Shown here piece after piece: positions 50,641 through 62,574 of a stretch of DNA of 64,000 bases. The number at the start of each line of letters is the position of its first letter. Positions within the stretch are counted from its first letter, which is position 1. A program made the position numbers and the translations under genes. The stretch covers positions 12,124-76,123 of the forward strand of contig JACORW010000104.1 in NCBI GenBank assembly GCA_016179185.1, read 5' to 3'. The notes beneath the pieces are model-generated. The model ran no database searches and was not told the DNA's origin. It saw only the letters and a list, made by a program, of their open reading frames with translations. The DNA comes from Gammaproteobacteria bacterium (GTDB lineage: Bacteria; Pseudomonadota; Gammaproteobacteria; Eutrophobiales; Eutrophobiaceae).

Positions 50641-51951
50641 TCATGAAATATTCGGGTCAACGACCTCCTGGTATCCCTGTCGCACCGAGACGGCGGTGCG
50701 CTGCAGTTCCTCCAGAAACCGGGCCGGCCCGGCCGCTCCATACCCCATGGCGCGCGCCAGCGGCAGGCATTCGGATATCCCCATCGGAAAGCTGGAAATG
50801 TTCTTGAGATCAAAAAGGCGCAGACAGGTTTCCAGGCGCCGCAGAAATTCGTAACCGTCACGCAATGCTGCGCCGGCCGACGTTGACAGAAAGCCCAGCC
50901 GCTGCGCGACACGCAGTGCCTCCCTGGTCGAACAGGTCTGCAGTTCCGGCGCGCGGCAGCCATGGGCCAGTTGCAGGTAATGACAGGCGAAATCCACATC
51001 CATGATCCCGCCGTGACCCCGCTTCAATTCATAGCGTCCGCGCGGCCGCCCCAGTTCGCGCTCCACGCGCAGGCGCATCGCGGCAATATCCCGCCGCAGC
51101 ACGCCGGGATCGTGGCGGGCATAGATGTGGGGCTGGATGCGCGCGACGGCGTCCGCGCCAATTCCGGCCGGATCGAATACCGGGCGGCAGCGTGTCATCA
51201 ACTGTCGCTCCCAGGTCTCGCGCGGGGCGCAGTGGTATTCCACGAATGAACGGAGGCTGGTAATGAGCGCCCCGGCCGTGCCGTGGGGACGCAACCGCAC
51301 GTCCACCTCGTACACGGGCCCGAGCGGCGCGGCGGCGGCGATTTGCCGCAAAAACCGCTGCACGCGTCGCGACACGCGCGCGCCTTCCGCGTCGCCGGGC
51401 AACAGAAAAATCAGATCCAGGTCGGATCCGAAGCCCATTTCCGCCCCGGCCAGCCGCCCCATCCCCAGCACCGCAAAGTCGGCCCCCAGTTGCGCCGGCC
51501 TCAGCCCGAAGGCGCTCAGTGCCGCGCCAAGCACCGCTTCCGCCAGCCGCGTCAGCGCCGCCTCCAGCTCCGCAGCCGGGAGCTCGCCGCGCAACCAGCG
51601 CACGAGTGCGGACAGCATGAACTCGTTCCTTCGCAGCCGTAATCGATCCAGGATCGCTTCCGCGTCACCGCCGCCTTCGTCCTGCGTGAACTGCTGCGAC
51701 AGATCGGCGGCCGACGCCGGCACGGGCAGCGGCCGGTCTATGAAGATAGCCGCGGCGGCACCCGTGTAAAACAGGAAGCGCGTGAAATACCAGCTGGCGC
51801 CGAACACCCGCACCAGCATTTCCGCGTCACCGGGTACTCCGTGCCAGCGCTCCTGGGCGCACACCTGCTGCCAGCGCTCCAGACTGCTCGCCGCGGACTC
51901 CGGCCGCCACGCCAGTTCCAGCGCGTGTCCCGGATCGGGCGCCCGGTTCAT
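50641..51951 (-). CDS. glnE: Glutamine synthetase adenylyltransferase, C-terminal (adenylylating) half as a separate ORF
   Basis: 436-aa ORF with a nucleotidyltransferase motif (LGMGRLAGAEMGFGSDLDLIF) and the GlnE-associated domain. Its ATG overlaps the stop of the upstream half-gene (ATGA at 51948-51951) and is preceded by GAGGAG. Confidence 0.85.
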   Translation of the reverse strand: MNRAPDPGHALELAWRPESAASSLERWQQVCAQERWHGVPGDAEMLVRVFGASWYFTRFLFYTGAAAAIFIDRPLPVPASAADLSQQFTQDEGGGDAEAILDRLRLRRNEFMLSALVRWLRGELPAAELEAALTRLAEAVLGAALSAFGLRPAQLGADFAVLGMGRLAGAEMGFGSDLDLIFLLPGDAEGARVSRRVQRFLRQIAAAAPLGPVYEVDVRLRPHGTAGALITSLRSFVEYHCAPRETWERQLMTRCRPVFDPAGIGADAVARIQPHIYARHDPGVLRRDIAAMRLRVERELGRPRGRYELKRGHGGIMDVDFACHYLQLAHGCRAPELQTCSTREALRVAQRLGFLSTSAGAALRDGYEFLRRLETCLRLFDLKNISSFPMGISECLPLARAMGYGAAGPARFLEELQRTAVSVRQGYQEVVDPNIS

Positions 51952-53242
51952 TCTCCTCGCCCGCCCGCCGGCAGGATGCGTTCGAAGGTGCGCCGCGCCA
52001 CCGAACGGTTCACCAGCAATTCCGATTCAAACGCCTCCAGCAATTCGTCGCGGGAGGCGCCGGGCAGGCCCAGCGAGCGCGCCAGCACCAGCCGTCGTTC
52101 TGGATCCTCGGGCACTTCATGCGTCTGCTGTTCGTCGATCATCTGCAAACGGTTCTCCAGCCGGCGCAGAAACAGGTATGCGGCACGCATGTCCCTGGCA
52201 TCCTCGGCCGGCACCAGTCCGCACTCCACGAGACCGGCCAGGACGCGCAGCGTGCTCGTGTCCCTCAGCGCCGGATGGCGCGCGGCATTGACCAATTGCA
52301 GGATTTGCACGAAGAACTCAATGTCGCGGATGCCTCCTTCCCCCAGCTTTACGTTCCACTGGCCGCGCCGCCGCCTGGCGGCGGCCATCTCGTTCTTGAT
52401 GGACAGAAACCGCTCCAGATCGGTGCTGCCGAGCGATCGGCGGAAAATAAAGGGCTGCAACCGGTCCAGCAGCTCCATGCCGATGGGCATGGCGCCGGCA
52501 ACCGGCCGTGCCCGCAGCCAGGCAATCCGCTCCCAGGCATCCGAACTGGCTTCGTAATAGTGTTCAGTGTCGTCCAGCGCCATGAACAATGGCCCGCCGC
52601 GCCCCCAGGGTCGCAGGTTGAGATCCACGCGGTAGAGAAATCCGCTTTCGCTGCTCTCCTCGAGCAGACGGGAGAAACGCCGCAGCCCGTCGAGCAGTTC
52701 CTTCTGAAACGCAACGATGTCGCCCGCCGCGGTATTGGCGCTCACATAGATCAGGTCCAGATCGGAGCTGAAGTTGAGTTCGCCCGCGCCCAGCTTGCCC
52801 AGGCCGAAGATGCATACGTTTTCCCGCAACGTATCCGTCCCGGCTCCGGCCAGGTCCAGAACGCATCCCATGGTCCGCTCCGCCAGCGTGCTCAAGTCGG
52901 TCAGCACCTGTTCATAGGGCTGCACCCCGAGCAGGTCCGCGGCGGCGATGCGCAGCAGCTCCCGGTACTTGGCATCGCGCAACGCATCCGGGTTCGCCGC
53001 TGCTTCGTCCCGCGGCAGGTCTGGCGCGGCCTGGCCGATCAACGCAAGGGCGTCGGGCTGCCGGAGCAGAAAATGAAACAGGAAACGGGACAGGCCAACC
53101 AGGTTGACCGCCAGCCGCAGGGATTGCGGCGCCAGCGCATCCAGCCGCCGGCGCGCCTCAGGATCCTCCCGCAATTGGTCCAGCCGCGCTGCGGCCGCGC
53201 CCGGGTCGGGCGCCGCCGCAATCAGGTGATCCAGCGACGCCA

Positions 53243-53243
<1 letters not shown>
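51948..53243 (-). CDS. glnE: Glutamine synthetase adenylyltransferase, N-terminal (adenylyl-removing) half as a separate ORF
   Basis: From the Met at 53243 (MASLDHLIAAAPDP...), with a nucleotidyltransferase motif (FGLGKLGAGELNFSSDLDLIYV). The start overlaps the thiC stop by 1 nt (TGATG). Confidence 0.85.
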
Positions 53244-55238
<1,995 letters not shown>

Positions 55239-55303
55239 GTTTCTTCTGTATAATACCACGCCCCGCGGGGCCCCCTTTTCGCCTTTTCCAAAGGTTTTCC
55301 TGC

Positions 55304-55957
55304 ATGGATTTCGAACTGGCGCGTCACAACATGGTCGAACAGCAGATCCGCACCTGGGAGGTGCTGGATCCCGCCGTGCTGGAACTGTTCGAGACCCTGC
55401 ACCGGGAGGATTTCGTGCCGGCGGAATACCGCCGCCTGGCGCTCGCCGACATCAATATCCCCCTGTCCCACGCCCAGGTCACGATGGCGCCCAGGGTGGA
55501 GGCGCGTGTATTGCAAACCCTGGGCATCCAGCGCAGCGACCGCGCACTTGAAGTCGGCACCGGCTGCGGATTTTTCACGGCGCTGCTGGGTTGTTGCGCC
55601 GCGCAGGTTCACAGCGTGGACATTTTTCCGGAGTTCACTCAATCCGCTGCACCCAAACTGGCCCGCTATGGCATCGGCAACGTGCACCTGCACACCGGCA
55701 ACGCCGCACAGGGGTGGGCACAGACCGCGCCTTACGACATCATCGTGTTGACCGGTTCCGTGCCTATCCTGCCGGATGCGTTCCAGGAACAACTGGCCCC
55801 GGGCGGCCGCCTGTTCGCCATCGTCGGCCAGTCTCCGGTCATGGCGGCGCAATTGATTACCCACGCCTCCGCGGGAGCGATTCGCCGCGAAATCCTGTTC
55901 GAGACAGATCTGCCGCCGCTGCTCGGCCTGCCGATCCCGTCCGCGTTCCGGTTCTGA
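55304..55957 (+). CDS. Protein-L-isoaspartate O-methyltransferase-family protein (divergent paralogue in the tolC neighbourhood)
   Basis: 217-aa ORF with a SAM-binding motif (ALEVGTGCGFFTALL) and Pcm-like architecture, but a divergent substrate region. Confidence 0.75.
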   Translation: MDFELARHNMVEQQIRTWEVLDPAVLELFETLHREDFVPAEYRRLALADINIPLSHAQVTMAPRVEARVLQTLGIQRSDRALEVGTGCGFFTALLGCCAAQVHSVDIFPEFTQSAAPKLARYGIGNVHLHTGNAAQGWAQTAPYDIIVLTGSVPILPDAFQEQLAPGGRLFAIVGQSPVMAAQLITHASAGAIRREILFETDLPPLLGLPIPSAFRF

Positions 55958-55972
55958 TCGTAGCGTGGCCAC

Positions 55973-56290
55973 GTGCGCAGCATCACACCCTCGGAGCTCG
56001 TGGAGCTGTTGAATGCCGGGAAGGCGCCGCGGTTGCTGGATGTGCGCGATCCGTGGGAGTACGACCTCTGCCGCATCAACGGGTCCGTCAACATTCCCAT
56101 GGGCGAATTGATGGGAAAGCTGGACTCCATGCAAAAGAATGAGGCCATCGTCGTCATCTGCCACCACGGCATGCGCAGCCAGCAGGTCGTGGCGTACTTG
56201 GACGGCCTGGGCTTTACGGACAGCATGAATCTGGAAGGGGGCATTGACGCCTGGTCCCTGGACGTCGATGCCGAAATGCCGCAGTACTGA
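55973..56290 (+). CDS. Single-domain rhodanese sulfurtransferase
   Basis: 105-aa ORF with an active-site loop (CHHGMRS) and LLDVRDPWEY. Confidence 0.85.
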   Translation: MRSITPSELVELLNAGKAPRLLDVRDPWEYDLCRINGSVNIPMGELMGKLDSMQKNEAIVVICHHGMRSQQVVAYLDGLGFTDSMNLEGGIDAWSLDVDAEMPQY

Positions 56291-56335
56291 GAAAAAAATT
56301 GCAGAACTCGACCCCGCTAACGTCAAGGAACAAAC

Positions 56336-57679
56336 ATGAAAATTCCTAATCCCCTGCCTCCGGCACTGCTTTTTGTAGCCATTGCGAGCACAGTGCTTCT
56401 GCCCCGGGCCGGTCACGGCACCGACCTGGTGGAAGCCTATAACCTCGCCGTCGAGTCCGATCCGGAATTTCGCCGGGTCGCGGCCGCAAATCGCGCGGTC
56501 ATGGAACTCAAGCCGCAGGCCATCGCCCAGCTCCTGCCTGCGGTCCAGGGTCGCGGCAACACCTACAGCAACGATCAGGACATCAGCTCGGCCTTCATCC
56601 CCGTGGGCGAGGGCGGCGGCGTTGAATTCAACAGTCATGGATACTCCATAGACCTGTCGCAGCCGCTGTTCCGTTACGACCGCTTCATCCGCCTGCGCCA
56701 GGCCAACAGCCGGATCCAGCAGGCCGGCGCAGAATATGCTTCTGCCGAACAGGCGCTGATGGTGCGCCTGGCCGAACGCTACTTCCTGGTGCTCGCCAAC
56801 ATGGACAATCTCGCGTTTGCCGAGGCCGAGGAGAAATCCCTGAGCCGGCAGCTTGATCAGGCGAAACAGCGCTTTGACGTGGGTCTGACCGCGATCACCG
56901 ACGTGCAGGAAGCCCAGGCAGGCTTCGACCGCGCCGTGGCGCAGAAAATCGCCGCCGCCAACGGCGTTGATAATGCGCGCGAGGCGCTGCGCGAAATCAT
57001 CGGCATCTACCTGGAAGCACAGGCTGCCATCACCGAAAACATGCCATTCGTACCCCCGGATCCGGCGGATCCCGACCAGTGGACCGACACCGCGCTGGCG
57101 CAAAACCTGGACATCGCCGCTGCGATGCACGCCGTGGAGTCATCGCGCCAGGAAATCAAGGTCCAGAACACCGGCCACCTGCCGACGCTGGACGCGGTGG
57201 CAAGTTACGGGTATGACAAGACCGGCGGGCGATTCGGCGCCACCAAGATACATTCCGACGCTGTCGGCCTGGAGCTGAACGTGCCGCTGTTCCAGGGTGG
57301 CTTCGTCAGCTCCCGTGCCCGCGAGGCCCGGGCGCGCCTGGACGTCAGCCTCGAGCAACTGGAAATCGCGCGCCGCAACACCCAGCGCAAGACCCGGGAG
57401 GCCTATCTGGGCGTGATTTCCGGCATCAGCCAGGTTTACGCCTTCAAACAGGCATTGATATCCAGCGAGACCGCCCTGCGGGCCACGGAGGCCGGATTTG
57501 AAGTGGGAACACGTACTGCCGTGGACGTCATTGCGGCCGAGCGGGTTCTGTCCCAGTCCAAGCGGGACTATGCCCGGGCGAAATATGAATACATTCAGAA
57601 CTCCTTACGTCTCAAGCAGGCGGCCGGCACTCTTTCACACGAAGATCTCGCGCAGATTAACCAGTGGCTGTCGTACTGA
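56336..57679 (+). CDS. tolC: Outer membrane channel protein TolC
   Basis: 447-aa ORF with a signal peptide and two OEP repeats (DLVEAYNLAVESDPEF, LPTLDAVASYGYDK, TRTAVDVIAAERVL). Confidence 0.9.
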   Translation: MKIPNPLPPALLFVAIASTVLLPRAGHGTDLVEAYNLAVESDPEFRRVAAANRAVMELKPQAIAQLLPAVQGRGNTYSNDQDISSAFIPVGEGGGVEFNSHGYSIDLSQPLFRYDRFIRLRQANSRIQQAGAEYASAEQALMVRLAERYFLVLANMDNLAFAEAEEKSLSRQLDQAKQRFDVGLTAITDVQEAQAGFDRAVAQKIAAANGVDNAREALREIIGIYLEAQAAITENMPFVPPDPADPDQWTDTALAQNLDIAAAMHAVESSRQEIKVQNTGHLPTLDAVASYGYDKTGGRFGATKIHSDAVGLELNVPLFQGGFVSSRAREARARLDVSLEQLEIARRNTQRKTREAYLGVISGISQVYAFKQALISSETALRATEAGFEVGTRTAVDVIAAERVLSQSKRDYARAKYEYIQNSLRLKQAAGTLSHEDLAQINQWLSY

Positions 57680-57701
57680 ATTCAACAACCGGGGCAGAGA
57701 G

Positions 57702-58265
57702 ATGAGCGCGTCCGCCACGTCGTTGCTGAACGATTCCGTGCTGGTCGTCATGGACATTCAGACCGGACTGACCGCCAGCATGCCGATGAAGGTTCTGGCG
57801 CGCTTGCAACGCAACACGACCCTGTTGCTGCGTGCCGCGGCCGCGCTCGGCGTTTCGGTCCTGGCCAGCGAACAGTCCCGGGAAACCATGGGCGATCTGG
57901 AGCCTGACGTCGTGCGGCTGCTGCCAAAGGACGCCCGCCGTTATCAGCGCACGGGGTTTTCCCTGATGGGCTCGGACAGTTTCAAGTCCGATCTTGCCGC
58001 GAGCGGAAAACGGCAGGCGGTGCTGTGCGGCATGGAGGCGCACATCTGTGTACTGCAGACAGCACTGGATCTGGTGCGCGCCGGATATGAGACGTTTCTG
58101 GTCTCCGACGCCGTGTGTTCGCGGCAGCGGGAAAGTTACGAGATTGCGCTGGCGCGGCTGCGCGAGGGCGGTGTCGTCATTACCGACGCGGAATCGGTCC
58201 TGTACGAATGGCTCGGGGACGGCAGCCATCCGCAATTGAAGACGTTGCAGGCGTTGATCCGGTAA
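57702..58265 (+). CDS. Isochorismatase-family hydrolase
   Basis: From the Met at 57702: MSASATSLLNDSVLVVMDIQ...AVLCGMEAHICVLQTALDL, which includes the catalytic Cys context. Confidence 0.8.
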   Translation: MSASATSLLNDSVLVVMDIQTGLTASMPMKVLARLQRNTTLLLRAAAALGVSVLASEQSRETMGDLEPDVVRLLPKDARRYQRTGFSLMGSDSFKSDLAASGKRQAVLCGMEAHICVLQTALDLVRAGYETFLVSDAVCSRQRESYEIALARLREGGVVITDAESVLYEWLGDGSHPQLKTLQALIR

Positions 58266-58292
58266 CCCGCCCCTCCCCGGAGGGAACGCGTG

Positions 58293-58799
58293 TCACTTTC
58301 TGCGGCGACTCCGTAAATTCCGGTCCCTGAGCCGCGATTCCCGCGCCAGCGCCGCCTTGTATCGGACCATTCTTCGCTGCAGCCCCGGACGGCTGGTGCC
58401 GAGTATCTGCACCGCCAGCAACCCGGCGTTGCGCCCGCCCCCGACTGCCACCGCCGCTACCGGGACACCACCCGGCATTTGCGCGATGGACAGCAGCGAA
58501 TCCAGCCCCTTCAGGCTCTTTGTTTCCACCGGCACACCGATGACCGGCAACGGCGTGTAACTTGCCAGCATGCCGGGCAGGTGCGCGGCGCCACCGGCGC
58601 CGGCGATGATGACCCGCAACCCGCGGCGCACGGCCGATTTTGCATATCGGGCCATGTCATCCGGAGTCCGGTGCGCGGAGACGACCCGCACTTCGCAGGG
58701 GACGCCGAACTCGGCGCACACGCTGTATGCGGCTTCCAGCGTCGGCCAGTCCGAGTCGCTGCCCATGACGATGCCTACCAGCGGTGCACGCCCCTTCAT
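58293..58799 (-). CDS. purE: N5-carboxyaminoimidazole ribonucleotide mutase
   Basis: From the Met at 58799: [22 protein letters not shown]...VVSAHRTPD...[14 protein letters not shown]. Confidence 0.95.
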   Translation of the reverse strand: MKGRAPLVGIVMGSDSDWPTLEAAYSVCAEFGVPCEVRVVSAHRTPDDMARYAKSAVRRGLRVIIAGAGGAAHLPGMLASYTPLPVIGVPVETKSLKGLDSLLSIAQMPGGVPVAAVAVGGGRNAGLLAVQILGTSRPGLQRRMVRYKAALARESRLRDRNLRSRRRK

Positions 58800-60019
58800 G
58801 CCCGGTCTCCAAACGTGATCAAATCCGACGCACATTGCGCGCGGACCAGCGCAGCGTCCATTGTCTCACCCAATGCGCAGACATGGCCCATCTTTCTGCC
58901 CCTGCCGGCGGTTGCCTTGCCGTACACATGCACGTGAACCCCGGGCAGCCCCAACGCCTGCCGTATTCCGTCAGGCCAGCCGGAGCCGGGGCCCGCGCCC
59001 AGCAGGTTGACCATCACGGCCGCCGGCACGGTCATGCGCGTGGAACCGAGCGGCCAGCCCAGCACCGCGCGCACATGATTCTCGAATTGCGAGCATTCGC
59101 AGGCCTCGATGGTGTAATGACCGGAGTTGTGGACACGCGGCGCCAGTTCGTTGATGACGACACGACCGTCACGCATCAGAAACATCTCCACGCCGAAGCT
59201 GCCCAGCCCCCCGACCGCGGCCACGGCACGGCGCGCCAGATCCGCGGCCCGGGAACTGACCTCTTCCGGCAGCGCGGCCGGCGCCTTGATGATGTGACAG
59301 ATGTGATCGCGCTGCACGGACTCGACCACCGGATAGCTTGCCGAATCGCCGTCCGACGTCCGCGTGATGATCACGGCCAGTTCACGCTCGAACGGGCAGA
59401 ATGCCTCGGCAAACAAATCCACCGTGCCGCCACGCAGGTGCTTCCAGCCCGCGGCCGCCTCCGAACCGGATCGAATGGTGTAATTACCCTTGCCGTCATA
59501 GCCGTTGCGCCGTGTCTTCAGCACGACGGGCCAGCCGAGTTCGCGGCCGGCTTCCAGGACATCCAGTGTCGAAGCGACCTTGCGAAAGGCGGGCACGGGC
59601 AGGCCGGCGTCCGCCAGCGTGCTTTTTTGCACAAACTTGTCCTGGGTCAGGGCGATGCTTGCAGCGGAAGGCAGCAGGCGCGCACCGGAGGACTCGAGAC
59701 TGCGCAGCGCCGCGGCGTCCACAAACTCATTTTCCAGTGTAATGACGTCCGACTGCGCGGCCAGTTGCAGCAGTACCTGCGGGTCATTCCAGTCGCCGAC
59801 AATCGAGTGCAGCGCCAGGGTCGCGGCCGGGCTGGCGCTGCTGCGCTCCAGCACGATCACATCGCAGCCCAATTGCAGCCCCGCCAATGCGGTCATTTTC
59901 GCCAGTTGCCCGCCGCCGATGATACCGATGCGGGGATGCTCCTTCCCCCGCGCGCGCTGCGGCGGCGGGATCGGCGCGTTGTCATTCAGTTCGGTCACGG
60001 CTGCGACAGGTTTCCGCAA
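58796..60019 (-). CDS. purK: N5-carboxyaminoimidazole ribonucleotide synthase
   Basis: 407-aa ATP-grasp ORF ([44 protein letters not shown]). It has an ATGA overlap with purE. Confidence 0.92.
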   Translation of the reverse strand: MRKPVAAVTELNDNAPIPPPQRARGKEHPRIGIIGGGQLAKMTALAGLQLGCDVIVLERSSASPAATLALHSIVGDWNDPQVLLQLAAQSDVITLENEFVDAAALRSLESSGARLLPSAASIALTQDKFVQKSTLADAGLPVPAFRKVASTLDVLEAGRELGWPVVLKTRRNGYDGKGNYTIRSGSEAAAGWKHLRGGTVDLFAEAFCPFERELAVIITRTSDGDSASYPVVESVQRDHICHIIKAPAALPEEVSSRAADLARRAVAAVGGLGSFGVEMFLMRDGRVVINELAPRVHNSGHYTIEACECSQFENHVRAVLGWPLGSTRMTVPAAVMVNLLGAGPGSGWPDGIRQALGLPGVHVHVYGKATAGRGRKMGHVCALGETMDAALVRAQCASDLITFGDRA

Positions 60020-60036
60020 TAGTCGGGTGCGAGGCT

Positions 60037-60729
60037 TTGTTTGTCATTTCCAATACCAACGGCGAAGGTTTGACGGTGGCGGCACGCATACTTCATAGTC
60101 CGGGAATGATCCCGGATCGCGCGCTTCCCCCCGTAACCGCCGTCATTCTAGCCGGGGGGGAAGCGCGGCGCATGGGCGGCAATGACAAAGGTCTCATAGA
60201 GCTGGCGGGCCGCCCGATGATCGAGTACGTGCTGGAATCGCTGCGCCCGCAGGTGAGCGCCCTGCTGATCAACGCCAACCGAAACCTCGACCTGTATATG
60301 CGCTACGGAATCCCCGTGGTCACGGACACACTGCAAGGTTTCCACGGACCACTGGCCGGCATGTACAGCGCCATGCGCGCCGCGCGCACGCCATTGATCG
60401 CGACCGTGCCCTGTGATTCACCGTTCGTGCCACCTGACCTGGTCCGGCGTCTCGGCCGGGCGCTCCTCGACACCGGATCCGAGATCGCCGTGGCCCACAA
60501 CGGAGAGCGTGTACAACCCGTGTTTTCGCTGCTTGACAGCAGTCTGGCCGACGGGCTGGAGCGATTCCTTGAGCGGGGTGGCCGCAAGATTGATCAGTGG
60601 TTCGCGGAACAGCGGACGACCGTGGTGGATTTCGGCGACGCACCGGATACGTTTATCAACGTCAACACGCCTGAAGAAGTCACGCAGGTAGAAGCCAAGC
60701 TGCGCGAACGTGAAGCCGCCCGGGGTTGA
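60037..60729 (+). CDS. mobA: Molybdenum cofactor guanylyltransferase
   Basis: 230-aa ORF (VILAGGEARRMGGNDKGL...ANRN...PCDSPFVP). The start is probably the Met at 60106. Confidence 0.9.
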   Translation: MFVISNTNGEGLTVAARILHSPGMIPDRALPPVTAVILAGGEARRMGGNDKGLIELAGRPMIEYVLESLRPQVSALLINANRNLDLYMRYGIPVVTDTLQGFHGPLAGMYSAMRAARTPLIATVPCDSPFVPPDLVRRLGRALLDTGSEIAVAHNGERVQPVFSLLDSSLADGLERFLERGGRKIDQWFAEQRTTVVDFGDAPDTFINVNTPEEVTQVEAKLREREAARG

Positions 60730-61246
60730 ACTGCCGGTGGTCGGGTTTGCCGCCTACAGCGGCACGGGCAAGACCACGCTGCTCGTCAGCCTGTTGCAAT
60801 TGTTCACGGCGCGAGGACTGCGCGTGGGTATCGTCAAGCACGCCCATCACAGTTTCGAGATTGATCATCCGGGCAAGGACAGCTACCAGTTGCGCCACGC
60901 CGGCGCGAGCCAGGTATTGATCGGCTCCCGCCGCCGCTGGGCGCTGGTGGCGGAAATGCCGGAGCCGCGGGAATCGGCGCTGGCTTTTCACCTTGGACAC
61001 CTGGACACCGCGGCCCTCGACCTGGTGCTGGTCGAGGGATTCAAGCCCGAATCCATCCCGAAAATTGAACTGCACCGGCCCAGCCTGGGCAGGCCCCTGC
61101 TGTTTCCCCGTGACCGGGATGTCATTGCCGTCGCCGCCGACGCGCCCCTGGCGCAGACGCCGCCCATCCCGGTGCTCGACCTGAACGACCCGGCGGCCAT
61201 TGCCGCGTTCATCATTGACCGATTCAAACCAGCCCGCCACACTTAG
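60710..61246 (+). CDS. mobB: Molybdopterin-guanine dinucleotide biosynthesis adaptor protein MobB
   Basis: 178-aa ORF with a GTG start and a P-loop (GFAAYSGTGKTTLL, IVKHAHH...D). It overlaps the mobA end. Confidence 0.88.
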   Translation: MKPPGVELPVVGFAAYSGTGKTTLLVSLLQLFTARGLRVGIVKHAHHSFEIDHPGKDSYQLRHAGASQVLIGSRRRWALVAEMPEPRESALAFHLGHLDTAALDLVLVEGFKPESIPKIELHRPSLGRPLLFPRDRDVIAVAADAPLAQTPPIPVLDLNDPAAIAAFIIDRFKPARHT

Positions 61247-61253
61247 ATCCACG

Positions 61254-62522
61254 ATGCCGGAGCTGAGAATCAAAGCAGAACCAGGTTGCATGGACGACTT
61301 CGATCCGAAGTCGCTGCCCGTGGACGCCGCGCTTGAGCGGATCCTGTCTGCGGTGCAGCCGGAAACGGAATTCGAGAACGTCCCGGTACGAGCTGCCCTG
61401 AACCGTGTTTTGCACGCGGACGTTGTTTCCGGCATCAATGTCCCCGGCGGCACCAACAGCGCGATGGACGGTTACGCGGTCGCAAGTGCCGACCTTCCGG
61501 CATCCGGCGTGCGGGAACTGGAGGTCATCGGCACAGCGTGGGCCGGCAGGCCGTTCCCGGACAGGCTCGGCGCCGGACAGGCGGTGCGGATCATGACCGG
61601 CGGCATCCTGCCGGCCGGTGCCGACACCGTCATTATCCAGGAACTCGCGCAGCGCAGCGGCGACCGGATCCGCATCGGATCGGAAACGCGGCCGGGAGAT
61701 AACGTGCGGGCGGCGGGCGAGGACATCGCCATTGGCGCCCGTGTGCTGGCGGCGGGGACACGGCTCACGCCGGCGGACATCGGACTGCTGGCATCATTGG
61801 GGATCGGCAGCGTGGCTGTGAGGCGGCGGATCCGCGTGGCGTTTTTTTCCACGGGCGATGAGCTGCGATCCATCGGCGAACCACTCGGGCCGGGCGATGT
61901 CTACGACAGCAACCGCTACACGCTGCACGGCATGCTCTCGCGCCTCGGTGCTGAAATTACGGACATGGGCGTGGTGGGCGACCGGCGCCCGGAACTGGAA
62001 GCCGCCTTTGTGAAGGCAGCCGCCACCGCGGACGTGGTCATCACCTCCGGCGGCGTGTCCGTTGGCGAAGCGGATTTCGTCAAGGAGATCCTGGAGAAGA
62101 CCGGGCAGGTCGAGTTCTGGAAGGTGGCGATGAAGCCCGGCCGCCCGCTGGCATTCGGGCGCGTCGGGGACGCCTGGTTTTTCGGGCTGCCGGGAAATCC
62201 CGTGTCCGTGATGGTGACGTTCTACCAGTTCGTGCAACCGGCCTTACGCCGCTTAATGGGAGAAAACACCCCGGCGCCGCACAGGTTTCAGGTCCGCTGC
62301 GAGTCGCGGCTGAAAAAGCGTCCCGGCCGCGTGGAGTTTCAACGGGGAGTTCTGGCTGCGGACGCCTCGGGCAGGTTGGTGGTGCGCAAGACCGGCGCGC
62401 AGGGTTCGGGCATCCTCAGTTCCATGGCGAACGCAAACTGTTTCATCATCCTGCCCATGGACAGCACCGGCGTGGAAGCGGGCGCGGTAGTGGAAGTGGA
62501 GCCGTTCTTTGGCCTGGTGTGA
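61254..62522 (+). CDS. moeA: Molybdopterin molybdenumtransferase
   Basis: From the Met at 61254, with MoeA domains (NSAMDGYAV, IMTGGILPAGADTVI, VITSGGVSVGEADF, VAMKPGRPLAFG, GLPGNPVS). Confidence 0.93.
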   Translation: MPELRIKAEPGCMDDFDPKSLPVDAALERILSAVQPETEFENVPVRAALNRVLHADVVSGINVPGGTNSAMDGYAVASADLPASGVRELEVIGTAWAGRPFPDRLGAGQAVRIMTGGILPAGADTVIIQELAQRSGDRIRIGSETRPGDNVRAAGEDIAIGARVLAAGTRLTPADIGLLASLGIGSVAVRRRIRVAFFSTGDELRSIGEPLGPGDVYDSNRYTLHGMLSRLGAEITDMGVVGDRRPELEAAFVKAAATADVVITSGGVSVGEADFVKEILEKTGQVEFWKVAMKPGRPLAFGRVGDAWFFGLPGNPVSVMVTFYQFVQPALRRLMGENTPAPHRFQVRCESRLKKRPGRVEFQRGVLAADASGRLVVRKTGAQGSGILSSMANANCFIILPMDSTGVEAGAVVEVEPFFGLV

Positions 62523-62574
62523 CGGAAACGCGGCTGGTGGCTGGTGGCTGGTAAATTGGACAGGCATCCGTGCC

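Noticed and set aside
55246-55257. TATAAT on the plus strand (55249-55254) that reads TATTAT on the minus strand, between thiC and the Pcm-like gene. This could be a shared divergent -10 element.
   Set aside because: It is plausible, but I could not identify convincing -35 elements for either direction by eye. I left it as a note rather than a feature.
58293-60019. purK-purE gene order, which is reversed relative to the familiar purE-purK order.
   Set aside because: Both genes are intact and overlap by ATGA. The order varies among bacteria, so it is not considered noteworthy.
62532-62552. Three tandem GGCTGGT heptamers just after the moeA stop.
   Set aside because: It is short and GC-rich with no complementary arm, so it is not the same architecture as the two AT-rich heptad hairpins. 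It is probably simple slippage sequence next to a small AGGCA/TGCCT terminator hairpin.
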